A stretch of DNA of 64,000 nt from assembly GCA_964016885.1 (NCBI GenBank), contig OZ024742.1:279868001-279932000 (forward strand), written 5' to 3'. The notes beneath the pieces were generated by a model. That model searched no databases. It saw only the letters and a list, made by a program, of their open reading frames with translations, and was not told the origin of the DNA. The translations under genes and the position numbers were made by a program. Shown here piece after piece: positions 1 through 15,125 of this stretch. This DNA is from Eledone cirrhosa. Taxonomy: Eukaryota. Within the stretch, counting starts at the first letter, position 1. Each line of letters starts with the position of its first letter.

Positions 1-205
<205 letters not shown>

Positions 206-436
206 TACCATTTAATTTCTATTAGAAAACTGAAGAGTTAGATGGAAATCCATCAATTTTATTGAGTATTGTATCCTTACAATTGTTTTAAATATCCTAA
301 TTCTAAACATTTATATTGAAGTATTTTCATTTCGTTATGAAAGAATTCCTCCTAGAAATGAAACATTAATGTAAAACATATATTGTATTTCTATTTGTAT
401 TTTTGTATTTCTCTTTTTTGTATTTGACTGTATTCG

Positions 437-488
<52 letters not shown>

Positions 489-513
489 TGCATATATATA
501 AACATTATATATG

Positions 514-581
<68 letters not shown>

Positions 582-617
582 TATATACACTACATCTATA
601 TATATACATTATATATG

Positions 618-658
<41 letters not shown>

Positions 659-3600
659 GTCCGTGTATAAATTGTTGCTCTCACTTTTCTCCCATTTTTC
701 CGTGTAAAACAATGTTACACTTTCATATCTCTCTCTATATATATGAAAATGTAACTTTGTTTATATGTATATCTATATATAAATATATATGTATATATAT
801 ATATATATATATATGAGTGTGTGTGTGTTTATCTCTGAGAGAGTGTATGTGCACGTGTGTGCGTATATGCATGTGTCTGTGTGTGTTTGTGTATGTCTGT
901 GTATTTGTGTCTGCGTGTGTGTATATGTGTGTGTTTGTGTGTCTGTGTATCTGCGTCAGTGTGTACGTATATGTATGTGTCTAGTTTGAAAATAATATAC
1001 TCACGTGTGATTTTGCGTGTAATTCCAAGCCTAATTTGTGCAAATCCATACAAACATATGTTCGCACATAAGCGCACACATTTGTGATGAAGTGGGTGAA
1101 ACAGAAAAATGTTATGCTGTCAATACGTTGCAGTTGTGCAGATCAGTATACAATATAAGTAGCTAAATTATTATCTGTATATTCATATATGTTTTATATA
1201 TTCATAAGTAGCTAAGTCTTTATATGTTTGTATAACTGTTTTGTTTGTCTAAAGACACACAAACATGCATATATAAAACAGCGGGAGACAGATAGGGGAA
1301 TTATGGTTAGTGGAATATTATCCATTTCGTTACCATATTTCAAATCCATTAGAAACAATCAAGAATTTTGCGGTGTTTATTGATATTAATAGCTTTCTCA
1401 TGACTAAGCTGGTTTTGGAGCATAACATAGCTTCGTTTCGCACGTAAAATTATGATGAAACCGGCTTAGTTAAGTATAAACACTTTAACATCTTATCGTA
1501 GAATCAAGAGCAATGTTGAGCGTTTCGATATCAAGTGCGGTTATCTCTCAATTGAATGGCCCGCAGTCCGCAATATATATCATCTGGTAACTAAATATGA
1601 ATATGTAATGTGTCATTCTGTCTGACCGAACGCCCACATACACGAGGGTTGGGGACCACCCTAGACACGCCGTTTGACGGTGCCTCTAGGACTCCACAAG
1701 GGGTTATGGTATCTTAATCCTTTATCCTTATATATATATATATATACATATATTTCTGTATGTCTGTGTGTGTGTGTTTGTGTGTGAGTGTGTGCTTATA
1801 ACGCATAGAAGAGAGAGGCATGACGACAACTTCTAGCATCACAGTCTTATACACATTTGTATAATTAATTGTATTCAATAAGTTGCTAAACATCACCTAC
1901 CACATTTGTGGAAACATTCAAAACAGTGGTGAGATTTTTGTATTTTATTATAACCTGTCATATCATTCACCGTGTGTTACAGTGAAGTGGAAAAATAGAA
2001 AATACACGGTTAGTAATTTTCCCGATATGGTTAGAACATGTAGTGTTGAGAGCAAGGCTTGTTAGCTTGCCAAATTCTATGTTGAATTCATTTTACTTGA
2101 GAGAACATGGCGCATATTGTAGAGCCTGATTATGGTGCTAAACAGCCAGGCCTCGGCTCTAATGGAGGAGATCATATCCACATGTACATAGATCGATTAA
2201 AGATTAACTGAATAAAGACTCAATATGTGTGGGCTAAATGTAGACAGGTGGAAGTGAATTCGAAGAATCAGCGATTGTGCTCACTTCAATCTTCCGTTTG
2301 CTGACCTTTTTCCTTCTAAGAAATATATTGTATGATATTGTGTTCCAACAATATCGTTGTAGATTTGAACGCTGTCATTGCTGAGTGGTTAAGATGTTCG
2401 TTTCACAATCCCACAGCGTTACCTCACATATTCCTGGGAGCAGATTCATCAGTCACACCAGCCTGAGGTTCCAATCGAAAACAACCATCTCCAAATGGCT
2501 CGGCTAGATCACCAGGCGAGACTAACCGAGCTTATGGACTTAAACATTGTAAAATATAGTAGTCGAAAACTGTTAGGAATCCCGCCAGATTTATTGTATC
2601 TCTAATACAAATGTTTAGCCTCGGCCTGTGAAGTTTACGCGTATTTCTGAAATATTCATACACATACATTATTAAACTAGATAGAATGTATCAGTGATTC
2701 AAACATGCAGATGTCACACATTTTACTATAAGAATTGCATTAATGGTGAACGTGACTTTAGAATACCCAATCATTTGCACGTTAATACACGGGTGAATTG
2801 TTCAGTTTAGAGAAATATTGAATATTCGTTGTCGAAACTTACGGATATACATCAGTAAAAGCAGACTCTGGCATGTCAGAATTCACGTAAAAATGAGGTT
2901 TCATGCAACTGCGTAGTATCTCGGGTAAATATTTTTACCATAACCACGATCATGAGAGTGGAATTGGGTGGACTATTTGGAAGTCCATCTGAAGGATTGC
3001 AACCAAGCCTTGGCACAACATATTGGATTTTGCTGATTCGACTTAAGAATTACGTTAAGTGTACACTTGTCAGTAGAATACTCAACCACTTAAACATTCG
3101 TTCACAAATTGGACATTGAGTTGATCAGACAACTGAAAGCCATTGTCGAAAGGGAAGGAGAATCTATTATCAACAGTAAGAATGATAAAATAAGATTTTC
3201 TTGTGAGTTTTCTTTGTATTTTTTCTCTTTTTCTTATGTTTTGTTATGACTTTACAGCTAAGACAGCAGTCATTATCACATTCGTCATCATCACCAGCAC
3301 TACTAATAATATCATCATCCTTACCATAACTATCCTCCTTCTCCTCCGCCATATAATCATCACCATCATCATCACCACCACCGTCATAACTGCTATGATT
3401 ATCCCCATCACGATCAGCATTATCATTATCATGTTCTTCATCAGCAAACACAATAAGAAAAGTACACTGTTTGCTAAACAATGTATATAGTTAAGCGGAG
3501 TGCATCATCTATTCAACAAACTGATTACGAAAAGCAAATCAGAATATTTAATTAGGTGAGGACAACTTGATTAGAGTTCGATAGATATTGATAATTACAA

Positions 3601-3795
3601 TAGTGCTCTTTTTGAATATAACAAATGGACCAATGATGCAGAGAGTAAGAGAGACACATATTTCTCTGTATGTACGTATATATGTATGCATCCATGCGTG
3701 TTTGTCTGTACACAGAATCACACGCACACGCACACGCACACACACGCACACACACACACATATATATAATATATGTATATATATATATATATATA

Positions 3796-3858
<63 letters not shown>

Positions 3859-4465
3859 ATGTGTGTGTGTGGGTGTGGGTGTGTTTGTGTGTGTGTGTAA
3901 GTGCACGCGCATGTATGTGTGTTTATATATATAAGCAAGCATGCGACACATAATTAATTAATATTTCATGTTGTGATATATCGGCATAATTAATTAGTAT
4001 GATCGATTAACGAAAGTAAGGGAATGGCGACATAGTGAGCGGAAAGATAACGCTAAGAATGGCATAATGGAAGAATGGTGTGTTGACTCATTCATTGATA
4101 AATGGGTTTGATTATAATCACTTAGTGTCCCCTAGAGATACACCAACCATAATTTACCAATCAAATGCCGTTTCTGCTATCTTATGGCTGTACTTTATAA
4201 CCTGCGTTAATTTAATATGATGATATTAGGCTGAGGATTGGTTGAGTTGTTAGAGCTAACGGGGAGAAATACCTTGCGGTATTAGTGCCGTATCATTATG
4301 TTCTTCTTACACAGAGGCAATATAACCACGATCCTTTATCGCGCAGTTTTCTACGAGTAAACAGACACGTACATACATCACATACTCACATTTATGCCGT
4401 GTGTGTGTGTGTGTTGGGTGTGTTTCTGTGAGGGCAGTTAAGTGTGGTATATATATACAGATAAA

Positions 4466-4576
<111 letters not shown>

Positions 4577-4609
4577 CTGTATATATATACCACACACACA
4601 TATATATAT

Positions 4610-5300
4610 ATATATACGTACACACATATATGTATACAGACGTACAGTAGTATGTATATATATACATACATGCACACATATATATATGTACGTATGGATT
4701 TACCGAGCATTTATTATAATGCTCGGTTTGTTTGTAAACAAATATCCCAGATTAAGCCGTACAGTGTTCAGCAACCATCGTTGTCCTTTTGTTCAACACT
4801 GACAAAGGAACGATGTACTAGTTTCAAACTTTTTAGCTATCGTCAGCACCGTATACCTTCCTGCCAGATGAATTATCGTTTACGGTCCGCCCGGCGGATT
4901 AACTCACTCGATGTGCAAATTAGGCTGCTCAGCCGTTAATATGCCTATGGAAAGTATATACTTTCAGACGTTCAATCATCTGGCAGGGAGGTATACGGTG
5001 CTGACGATAGCTAATAAGCTTGAAACTAGTACATCGTTCCTTTGTCAGTGTTGAACATAAGGGCAACGATGGTTGCTAAACACTGTACGGCTTAATCCGG
5101 GATGTTTGTTTACAAAAAACCGAGCATTATAATAAATGTTCGGTAAATCCATACGTACATCTATATATGTGTGCATGTATGTATATATATACATACTACT
5201 GTACGTCTGTATACATATATCTATGTACGTATACATACTTATATTTAAGTAACAGCCGTACTAAGAGTAAAAAATGAAATTTCGTTTCATTTTTTCCATT

Positions 5301-5305
<5 letters not shown>
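4610..5305. mobile_element. Fold-back insertion in (TA)n with divergent hammerheads
   Basis: Arms ~4610-4870 and ~4977-5235, with an extra ~70-nt tail on the right arm only. Confidence 0.75.
4996..5036 (+). ncRNA. Minimal hammerhead ribozyme (partner at 4811-4851 minus)
   Basis: CGGTG-CTGACGA-TAGCT-aata-AGCTT-GAAA-CTAG-TA-CATCG; palindromic stem III. Confidence 0.8.
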
Positions 5306-5337
<32 letters not shown>

Positions 5338-5340
<3 letters not shown>

Positions 5341-5721
5341 CGTTTCTGAATTTGTTTAGCAAGATTCTTTATCTGAAATCGTGTGTTGAAACCGATATTG
5401 TTATACTTTGGGAGGGTCATGTTGCCAATAAGAAACACACGCACCAGTTGCTTTCACTTCAATTTAATTTAATATATATTTATAAATTTACAAATTTATA
5501 AATTTCTGGTTGGTTGGTTGGTTCCACAACCAGATTAATGTTCAGAGTGTGTGACGAAAGAACTATGACTATATATATATAAACAACTATCTGGTTGTGG
5601 AACCAACCAACCAACCAGAAATTTATAAATTTGTAAATTTATAAATATATATTAAATTAAATTGAAGTGAAAGCAACTGGTGCGTGTGTTTCTTATTGGC
5701 AACATGACCCTCCCAAAGTAT

Positions 5722-5730
<9 letters not shown>
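5338..5730. mobile_element. Fold-back element, family A, with shortened centre
   Basis: Arms ~5395-5535 and ~5590-5729; same termini as 17219-17772; only the GTGTGACGAAAGAAC half of the ribozyme is retained. Confidence 0.8.
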
Positions 5731-5787
<57 letters not shown>

Positions 5788-5889
5788 CAAAAGATTAATA
5801 TGGTTCATTGATTACTCAATGAATATAGTTTTACAATACTGGAATCGAAGCATCAAGACCGTTGATGTATGACATACATCAATTCATGT

Positions 5890-5970
5890 ATTACATCTGA
5901 CGAGGACGTACTGAAAAAAACACCACAGTACCTTCGAAATATATATAATAAAACATATATTTTGTGAATG
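5890..5970 (+). ncRNA. Degenerate hammerhead motif (related copy ~33045-33108 minus)
   Basis: CTGACGA-GGACGTACTG...CAGTACCTTC-GAAA-TATAT; the 33 kb copy reads CTGATGA-GGACGTAC-tgtt-GTACATCA-GAAA-TATGT; stem I weak. Confidence 0.5.
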
Positions 5971-5991
5971 TCTTCATTTATTAATATTCTG

Positions 5992-6022
<31 letters not shown>

Positions 6023-6027
<5 letters not shown>

Positions 6028-6845
6028 TATTCTAAGGCAGGTAAAATTCCCGAGATCCATGGACGAGTTCTCTCCAGCGGTCTCTGTCCCTCATTATCGC
6101 TGCCATGTCCTGCGTCTCCAACAGACCAGTGTCTGTCCTTAAGGCATCAACATACGTTAACCTTGGTCTTCCTCTTCTAGTGTGTCCATGTAGGGGCTCC
6201 CAAAGGAGCACTGAGTGCAATGTCAACTCTGGATGTCGGTGAGCATGTCCAGCTAACCTCAGTCTCCTCTGTGTCACTTTTGAGCTGACTTTTGGGATGC
6301 TCCTATACAGCTCTGAGTTTTTCATCCTCAGTGTATACTGATTAATGTTCAGAGCCATCCTCAGCATTTTCGTGTAGCACCCATCCACTATCTGAGTGAG
6401 TTTCTTGGTCAGTGTCCAAGTCTCAGTTCGATACAGCAGCACAGACTCCACTACAGCAATGAAGAGGCGGATTTTCAGGTCTTTATTGTAGTACGGGGTC
6501 AGAGCAGGAGAGTTAGGGCGAAAAAGGTATCGGATGCTGAATTTTCCGACGACATAGTTTTGGTGACAAATACAGTGAAGGAGGCAGAGGATTTGATGCG
6601 GGAGGTTGAGACTGTGTCGATGAGTGTGGCGCTGAGAATGAATGAGACTAAAACAAAATATCTGGTAGAGAATGTTGAGCCAGAGGGGATCACTAATGTA
6701 GGCGGAGAGCCGCTAGATTTGGTTGAGTGCTTCCTGTATTTGGGAGCAAAGATTGGGAATACGGAAGATGATGTGGTTGAGAGAAAGAGCAAAGCCTAGG
6801 CGGCGTGCCACAGCTTGAGATCGGTGTGGAAGTCGGACATTCGTA
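6023..6845. mobile_element. RTE-like LINE 3' fragment with 5' inversion
   Basis: Plus part 6497-6845 encodes FSDDIVL..MNETKTKY..FLYLG..VWKSDIR; minus part 6032-6495 continues KDLKIRLF..ESVLLY..RRLRLAGH..GRPRLTY..DRDRWR. Confidence 0.85.
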
Positions 6846-6848
6846 AAA

Positions 6849-6879
<31 letters not shown>

Positions 6880-7059
6880 TAAAAGGAGAGAGAGTGAGAG
6901 GGGGGAGATAGATAGATAGATAGAGAGAGAGATATCAAAATGGAGGCGGTAAAAACTCGATAGACCATTACTCCCAGGTGTTTACTTCCAGATTTCATGC
7001 TTGCATCGAGAAATATATCCACGATCCAATCTATTAAAATATTCTCTTTTTTAGCGACA

Positions 7060-7552
7060 TATATTATCTGAAGTATTTAAAATCCCCATTATGTATACTA
7101 TAAATTCAGCCTTCTTGACACTTTTTCTCTCAAGTTTTCGTTAAATAATCGTTAAATAGTTATTAAGTGATAATGTGTTAGTTAAATCTAGTCTAGGTAG
7201 TCTGTGAATTCCGACGTTCCTGACAACTACTCTCAAAATCGTCATTAAATAAGCGTTAAATGCTTATTAAATAATAATGTCTTAGTAACTTTCCTATTAA
7301 GTAGTCTATGAATTCAGATTTGGCGAATTATTTTTCTCTAAAGTTTTCGCTAAATAATCGTGAAATAATTATTAAATAAATATTCGTAATTGTGTAGTCT
7401 ATGAATTCAAATATTGTGACAAATGCTATCAACATCTTCGTTAAACAATTATTGAATAAATAATCGTTGAGTTAGTTAAATCACCATTAGATACACGACT
7501 ATTCAGATACTGTGACAAATACTATCAAAAGTTCTCGTTAAATAATTATTAT
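7060..7552. repeat. Degenerate AT-rich minisatellite, ~95-120-bp unit
   Basis: Recurring TTTTCGTTAAATAATCG...TAGTCTATGAATTC motifs, 4-5 copies. Confidence 0.6.
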
Positions 7553-8043
7553 AGTGTCAACCAGCATTTGAAGAACATAAAAAAGCACGCAATTGATCGC
7601 GAACACTGAAAGAGAATTGTTGCTCAAAGGCTAAACATACTTTAGATGAAATGACGAACAGGAAGAAATAGTTTCTTAGATATTCTATATAAAATGCTTT
7701 AAAAAAATACTCACACAACTTCATATATATATTAATTATATACCGATAGGAACGCTAATAATATGAAAATTAGTACCCCCATTTCAGAATACTTCTTATT
7801 ATACGTTTTAGCGTATATAAGCCCTTCGATTACCCAATTCCTTCTGTTTCGACAATCGATTAAATGTATCTATCATCTTTTCAAATTACAGAGTAATACC
7901 TATTTTTGGCATATTTCCCGGTTTATGTACTAAAAACGTGTAAATTTATATACACATTTGCGCAGCCTTGATTACCTTTATAATGGATATAGTTAGATAT
8001 AGCTTTATATATATATATATTTATTATACATATACACACATAC

Positions 8044-8215
<172 letters not shown>

Positions 8216-8482
8216 GTATTTATATGTATAAATATGTATGTATATGTATATATATATATATACGTTTAGGAATAACCAAAGAGTGCTTAGAAATACATTG
8301 TTTTATTTGCTAACAGTGTTTCATCCATACCCTAGGGCAGGAATCATCGGAGCTTATAAACAAAAATATATCAAAGGTTGCAGGCCCCATTGAGCTCTGT
8401 CTCCAGAACAAGGATAAAGGACAAGTAGGGGGGGTCTCGAGGCCACCGCTGTATAGAATAACACAAAATACATGATACATAT

Positions 8483-8653
8483 AATTGTTTCTACTTGTTG
8501 GCACAAGGCCAGCAATTACCCAGTACATTAATGGTACTTTATTTTATCGACCCCGTAAGGATCAAAGGCAAAGTTAACCTAGGCGGGATTTGAACTCAGA
8601 TCGTTAAGGGACGTAACTATGCTGGAAAGCATGGTGTCTGACCCTCTACCGAT
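8483..8653 (-). mobile_element. SINE, abundant family in this window
   Basis: Reverse complement of the core GAGTTCAAATCCCGCCGAGGTTAACTTTGCCTTTCATCC..GGGGTCGATAAAATAAAGTACCAG with a B-box-like GTTCAAATCC. Confidence 0.8.
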
Positions 8654-8869
8654 GTGTCATAAAAACTTACATCAAAAGCATATCACATAAATGATGCAAT
8701 AGATCTTAAGGAGGTTCAGAGAGGAGAGCAAGAAATGAATGAGGGTGTTATTCAGCATGATCAAAAAACAAGACAAAGCATAGACACATCAATTCACAAG
8801 CAGTGCAAACACAGGATTCACAGGCAGAGTATGAAAGCTTGTAAGCAGGAGTCAGTAAAAAGAAAAGTT

Positions 8870-9050
8870 GGTTAGCTGTGGTGCAGCTTCACAGGCAGGA
8901 TTATTTATAGGAAAGATGGTACACTCCAGTGGTATCGCCCTGTACCAGGTCGATTTCTCCGTATCAGACCACCACGCCCCATCCATTGGTTCCTGTTCCA
9001 AGCGTAAGTTTCCAAACACACCCATCGAGGATTTCTCCACAGAGGCAGTC
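8870..9050 (-). pseudogene. Possible RT fragment of an RLE-type non-LTR element
   Basis: FGNLRL..STWYRAIPLECTIFPI loosely resembles W..LE.GI..GCTISPI. Confidence 0.25.
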
Positions 9051-10937
9051 TGCAATAAACACTTTAAATCTAAAATAAAGTACAATGAAGTGAAGTAAAG
9101 TAGTGTACATGCACTGCTAGCACTCCAATGAAGAAAGTGAAAATAAAACAGGTCCGCAATATCTGCTATATCTTAAAGTCTTCACGTTCGGTGCCACAAC
9201 CCAACGTCCCAGGTGAAATACACTATATGGCCGAGTCGGCATCGAACTAAAGTGCCATACCATATGTAAATATACCACAGTAAATGCTATTCGTAATGGC
9301 TAGTCAGTCGCGTAGACAGAAAGCGTATTTAGAAACCCTACAATGTCCTTTATGTAAGTTTGCATGACGTCATCTATAAGATGTCACGTGACATTTCAAA
9401 CTTTGAAACTGCGGTATTTAATAATGGTAGGGATATCAAACATGGATGTGTTGATATCTACAAACTTTCAGTTTTGAGGTTGGACGATCACCCGCTGAGA
9501 ACGCCCTGCAGCGTATATTAGGTAATGTCTGTAAAGTTTACATACCTACTGCGAATAACAGTTACAATTGAAACTGTAAATATCAGACTGAATAGCAGGA
9601 ACTATCTAGAGTCCGAGTTCATTTGCTGTAAAGTTATCATTAATCCCGCGTTGTCGTTTCAATTTCTATTAGCGTATAGCATTCGCTCTGAGTCATGCTT
9701 GGTATAGTTTATATTTTGGGGCATGTGTTTAATGGCAACATTTTATATATGTATGTTTGTATGTATCTCTCTAAATTCTCTTTATCTTTTCTGTCACTCA
9801 TTCTTTTTTTTTTTATGTGTGGGTCTCTATTTCCACATACGCTATCTCTTTCTTCTTCTCTTTCCTCTTGATTATCTGTCTCTCTTCTCTCTTTATAATA
9901 TGTACTCCTCTCTCCAAATCTAGCATTTTCCTTCGGTACATGTTCTAGTCCATCCTCGCCCAAGTATATGCCCCTATAATCTCATTCTCTCTCTGTCACA
10001 CACACACACACACTCTTTGCTTTCTACCACTTTTTTTTCTGTCAGTCACTACATCTCATTCTGCACAGTGAAACTACGTTTTCTTTTCAAATAGTCAACA
10101 TAGTAAAAATAAAATAATACATATATACCGTTACAAAAATCTATTATTTCTATCGTGACAATATCTTATTGCTAATAACAAAACAAATTAAAGACAAGAG
10201 AGCGATAATTATCATTATCAAGCAAATTAAAAAAAAAAAAAATAAATAAACCAACATCGCATAACAACCCTAAACCTCCATCTCCTCCTCCCACTCCAGA
10301 ATTTCCATTACATTTATGTATATGTGCGGATAATTCTAAATATTATTTACGCACCATATCTCACTTTATCCCGCCCTCCCGCTCTCTCTCTCTATATATA
10401 TATCGCTTTCTCTCTCTCCTCCTCTCTTGTCCTATCTTACTCCTCTTGTCTCTCCCTTTACTCTCTTACCTTCTCCGTTCTCTCTCACTCTCTATTTTAT
10501 TTTCTCTCTCGTTTACCATTATGCGAAAACGGAAAATTAAATTGATACAAATTATCTTAGCAAGTAAATGGCGTGTAAATACAGAAAGGAATTCACGGTG
10601 AATACAATAATGTAATAATACTTTAAATATTATCACCTTTTGTTAGAAAAAATATATTATATTATAGATACATCAGGAAACGGGCTTGTTAATAATGTGT
10701 TACAATTGTGTAATATTGTTAGTTGGTAATTTCTGTTGTGTATATGGGTTGCTTCTTTGTGTGTGAAATAGAGTGGGGGTGATGTTTTTTTCGTTTTATA
10801 CTTTATAGTATCCTATGAAACTAAGGGCTTTCATATATCATTTCAAATGCCTGTGTCCACTTTACCGTATCAAGGAATAGATAACGGTTACTTTGATGTC
10901 ACTCTAGCCATGCAAGCGTGCGAACATACACACACAT

Positions 10938-10985
<48 letters not shown>

Positions 10986-11011
10986 TATCATGATTTATTT
11001 TTGATATATAA

Positions 11012-11048
<37 letters not shown>

Positions 11049-11237
11049 CGTGTGTGTGGATGTGGCTGTGCGGGGGCATGTATATATATATATATATGTG
11101 TGTCTGTGTGTGTGTCTATAGACTGTCCCACAAAAAATATTCATACTTTTATTAGAATAATATTGAAGTGTGTACACATATTTTGAGGACCCCCTCCCCC
11201 TTCTGTGTGTATATATATATATACTGTATATATATGT

Positions 11238-11326
<89 letters not shown>

Positions 11327-11379
11327 ATATATATATAATATATATATAATATATATATGTATACATATATATATATATG

Positions 11380-11411
<32 letters not shown>

Positions 11412-11823
11412 TACATATTGGAAAATGTGTGAAATCCGTGGAGGTCGATCTGGGGGGGGATCATGCTCCTTAAACAACCCTACACCTGCCAAATCCACTC
11501 TCCATCAATTATCTTGCTTTTACCATTCACTATTTTCTTTCACCCCTTGTGTGTATATATATGCTTTAATTATTTAAATCTTCATCAAAACGCCTTCACT
11601 CCCATATTCATTAACAAGACACCCCCCCTTACAGACACACCCAAATCTTTTCTATATAGAGTCACCCACCACAACACAACCTGAGCTCAGTTTGACAATC
11701 GCCACTAACGAATGCGAGAAATTTCTCAGGGAAAATTAACGTGGAATCTTTAAAAAATATTATAAAATTAAAATGTTTGGAACTATAAGTGGAGTCATTC
11801 TTTTCCCTTATGCACATATATAC

Positions 11824-11937
<114 letters not shown>

Positions 11938-11979
11938 TAGATATATATATAGATATATATATGACGGCTGCAAACTCAC

Positions 11980-12340
11980 GCTAACAATATTGCAATCACT
12001 TGTCAGATTCAGATGTGTGACGCTCGAATATGGCTTTTCAAGCCTGCTGGAGACTTGCACTCCTTCGCACACTGACGACAACTATGGATCTCCCTGGCCT
12101 CAGATCTTGCATCAGGTTACCTGTGAACCTTCATAATACCGTGGAGATCATAGTTCACTTGTTCTCCCTGAACATGGGGAGACTGTCGCTCCTGTGACCA
12201 GATTTGCTCAAGCAAATCTTTCCACACTCAGGGCACACCAATTCAATGGAGTCACCGATCATTTCGAGAGATATGCCAGGGCATTGCATACGTACATCCC
12301 GTTTGATGTTCTCGTGCTCAATACAGAAAAAGGTGTAAAA
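11980..12340 (-). mobile_element. Decayed RTE/BovB-like LINE 3' end
   Basis: Remnant C2H2-like CPECGKICLSKSGH; ends in (TA)n. Confidence 0.5.
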
Positions 12341-13224
12341 GTCTACAGAAAACAAAGGTTATAGGTAAAAAGTAATGGTGAAAATGCAGCGAAGTATATT
12401 TAAAGATTATTACTTCCGTAATCAGACAGAATGAATGATTTTTATAATTGTGGCATTAAACATAATCAGTTTCGATTTGTATAGCAATCTTGTCAGATAT
12501 TAGATATATATTTTAAAGGTGTTCCATGTATTCTATGAGCAGTCAGTTCAAATATACTCGAGCAATGTACATGAACTGTAGTCGGAACATCGAACTAAAT
12601 TGGTACTTGTTTACTTTTCTCACTTAAAATTTGACAAGGCTCTGACTAATTGATTTAATTAATTCCTTCATTTAGCCAAACTGGGAATAGTTGGACACCC
12701 TGATATGTATGTCTATACTTATATGTATATATGTATACATGTATCTTCAATCATTTTGTTCTATACTCCCTTACGGTTGGGTAAACAATTAGACTGAAAC
12801 GGACTCCTCCTTCTAGTTGCCCTGTTACTTGCCATTGCCCACCTATTGCTAACCTTCTGTTGACCGGCTATCACGTAATACTTCTCCCATTTGAAATTAA
12901 CACTGGTAACGTTTCAGTCGAAATACATCTTTTCTCGGATGTAGATGTACTCAGCGGAGCTGCGAAGTATCAAGGTGAGGATTATTTTAAATTATAAGGA
13001 TATTCAAAGCTGCTGTTACACAGCGAAACTGCAGTCGGAACATCGAAGTAAATTGGAATTTTTTTAATTTTATCTTGTTTATTTTCCCAGTTGTAATTAT
13101 AGCGGCCTCCAGTGGTTCGCCCCGGTCTATGCTGTGCTCAAATCTATATGATAAAACATACAGAACGTCTGTATATAAAATGTTTTTAACATTTTCTTTT
13201 GAAGCATATATGATGTGTTTGTGG

Positions 13225-13345
13225 AGCCTTCCTACTTAGGAACAACCAACATACAATTGATCATGTGAGAAACAGCCCAGTTCTAGATGGAGACCGACAG
13301 CCTGCAGCGATTGACCTTGGGACTTGTTAATGGTCATTGTGTATT
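13225..13345 (-). pseudogene. Helitron PIF1-like helicase C-terminal fragment
   Basis: Translates [35 protein letters not shown] (helicase motifs V-VI). Confidence 0.75.
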
Positions 13346-14169
13346 TGACCGAAACGAAAAAGGATATCTGTTCGCCACTCATCATTGAAATGGTGGATTT
13401 TGAAATTAATTAAGGTTACAACGCTTTCCACAGAAGTAGAAAATAACGAAGGATCAAAACATCCTTCAATATCAATGGATTGCTTTTCTATAAATATAAT
13501 GAGATGGCATGTGGTTATCTCATTGTTATTCTCACTGAAGAAATCACCCAAGGTGATTGAAAGCAATTCGGAGGTCAGATTCGCAATCCCCCTGGGGCTT
13601 TTTCTTTACACTCCTTGCTTCTGTTTTCAGAAAATAAAGATGTTAGCGAGTGTTTCGGATGTCAGGTAGGTCAAAAACAAACGGCAAGAACTCGATAAGA
13701 AAAGAATTCCCACAGAAGAAAATTCCGAGCCTGAGAAAACCCGATGGTCAGCCCCAGACACACCCGCTCTACTAATAATGATATATTTGCAGTGTTGGTA
13801 GTTAGACAACTCGTTGGATATACTTCATTTTTGTCGGGCAAACGTGGCAGAAACGGAAAAATTGTTGACGTATTGGCACACATACTTTATAGGTTTCCCC
13901 CTGCCCACGACGCCATTCTCTTTTCGGGAAAACAAAGCAATTGCGAGAATATTGGAGGTGAGATGAGAAAAAACGCAGGAAAAAGAAATTTCTTCGCGAC
14001 ACACAGTGGGTACTTTTCTATAAATTTGAATGGATGAGATGTGCTTATCTGTAGCTTCAAGGGTCCACATCCGTTTGCGGAAAAGGATTCGTTGATTAGT
14101 GAGCCAAATGTCAGATAGGTCGACAACGCACGAAAACACCTAAACAATATTTAGTTAGAGGGAGTTTGA

Positions 14170-14330
14170 GGTGGATTGATTGAGAGGCGGCGTAGTATTT
14201 CCTCTCTCTATATAGAAAACATGGTGGAATTACAGACAGTACCTGTGTGCAAGAAAGAGGTAAATTGTCCCTGACCACGCCCCTATTCCGCTTTCAGAAA
14301 ATAGTCGACGGGGAGCATGATGTAAGTCAG
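14170..14330 (-). promoter_or_regulatory. Possible Pol II promoter (TATA, Inr-like, GC box, bZIP site)
   Basis: TATATA at 14209-14214, YYANWYY match ~30 nt downstream on minus, CCACGCCC at 14275-14282, TGATGTAA at 14318-14325, within a microsatellite-free island. Confidence 0.3.
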
Positions 14331-14952
14331 GAGGACGACGAGGATGAGTTAAATCTTATGAAATGTGAAACGTGTAGCTGACACAGCAGAGTTTGAATTC
14401 AACTTGTTTCTCATACTGTTTCGCCGGCCTAGCATCGATATATAGTGAGCCCGTGTATATTTTAAATGTTCGTAAGTATGACTCGCGATCATCAGATTCC
14501 AGGTCCGATTCCTTGCTTGGTGCCTTGGGCAAATGCCTTTACCATATAATTGTCTCGACCCGTATACGAAAACTCTAAAAGCCCATCCAATTGACTTTAC
14601 TGTAATTCAAATGTTTATTCATGTCAGATTTTGTGATATGGGAATTAGGTATCTGTAAAATACTCAGCCACTTTACAGTATAAAACAAGATGAACTGTTT
14701 GTGTAGTTAAGAGGTCTAACCTTGTTACATATTATGCCACGCTGATTAGGCTTGAGCATTACATTTAGTGTACACGTGTCTGAATCGTTAATTCACAAAG
14801 ATTTGTATATTCAGTTGATAAAAAAAAAAAAAAAAAACTTAAAATGCATTGTCAAAGCCGGCAAAATATTCGTCATCAGAATTTAGTAGCACCCTCCAAA
14901 TTCTGAAATATACTGCTTCCATCATGGCAGGTCTTTCATTCTTAGAATACTA

Positions 14953-15125
14953 ATGAAGCTGCCTGATTCGATGTTTGAATTACAATGTCTTCCATTTCCT
15001 GTTGGACATGGATTCTGCTTGACTATCAATAAAACTCAAGGCCAATCATTGAACGGTTTTATAATGAATCTGGCTGATATTATCTTTTTAAATTATCAGC
15101 TTTATGTTGATACTTTAAAAAACTC
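14953..15125 (+). pseudogene. Helitron helicase fragment
   Basis: FPVGHGFCLTINKTQGQSL...QLYV. Confidence 0.65.

Noticed and set aside
3170-3490. Hydrophobic or acidic ORFs (also 20578-21004)
   Set aside because: Trinucleotide low-complexity sequence, not protein-like
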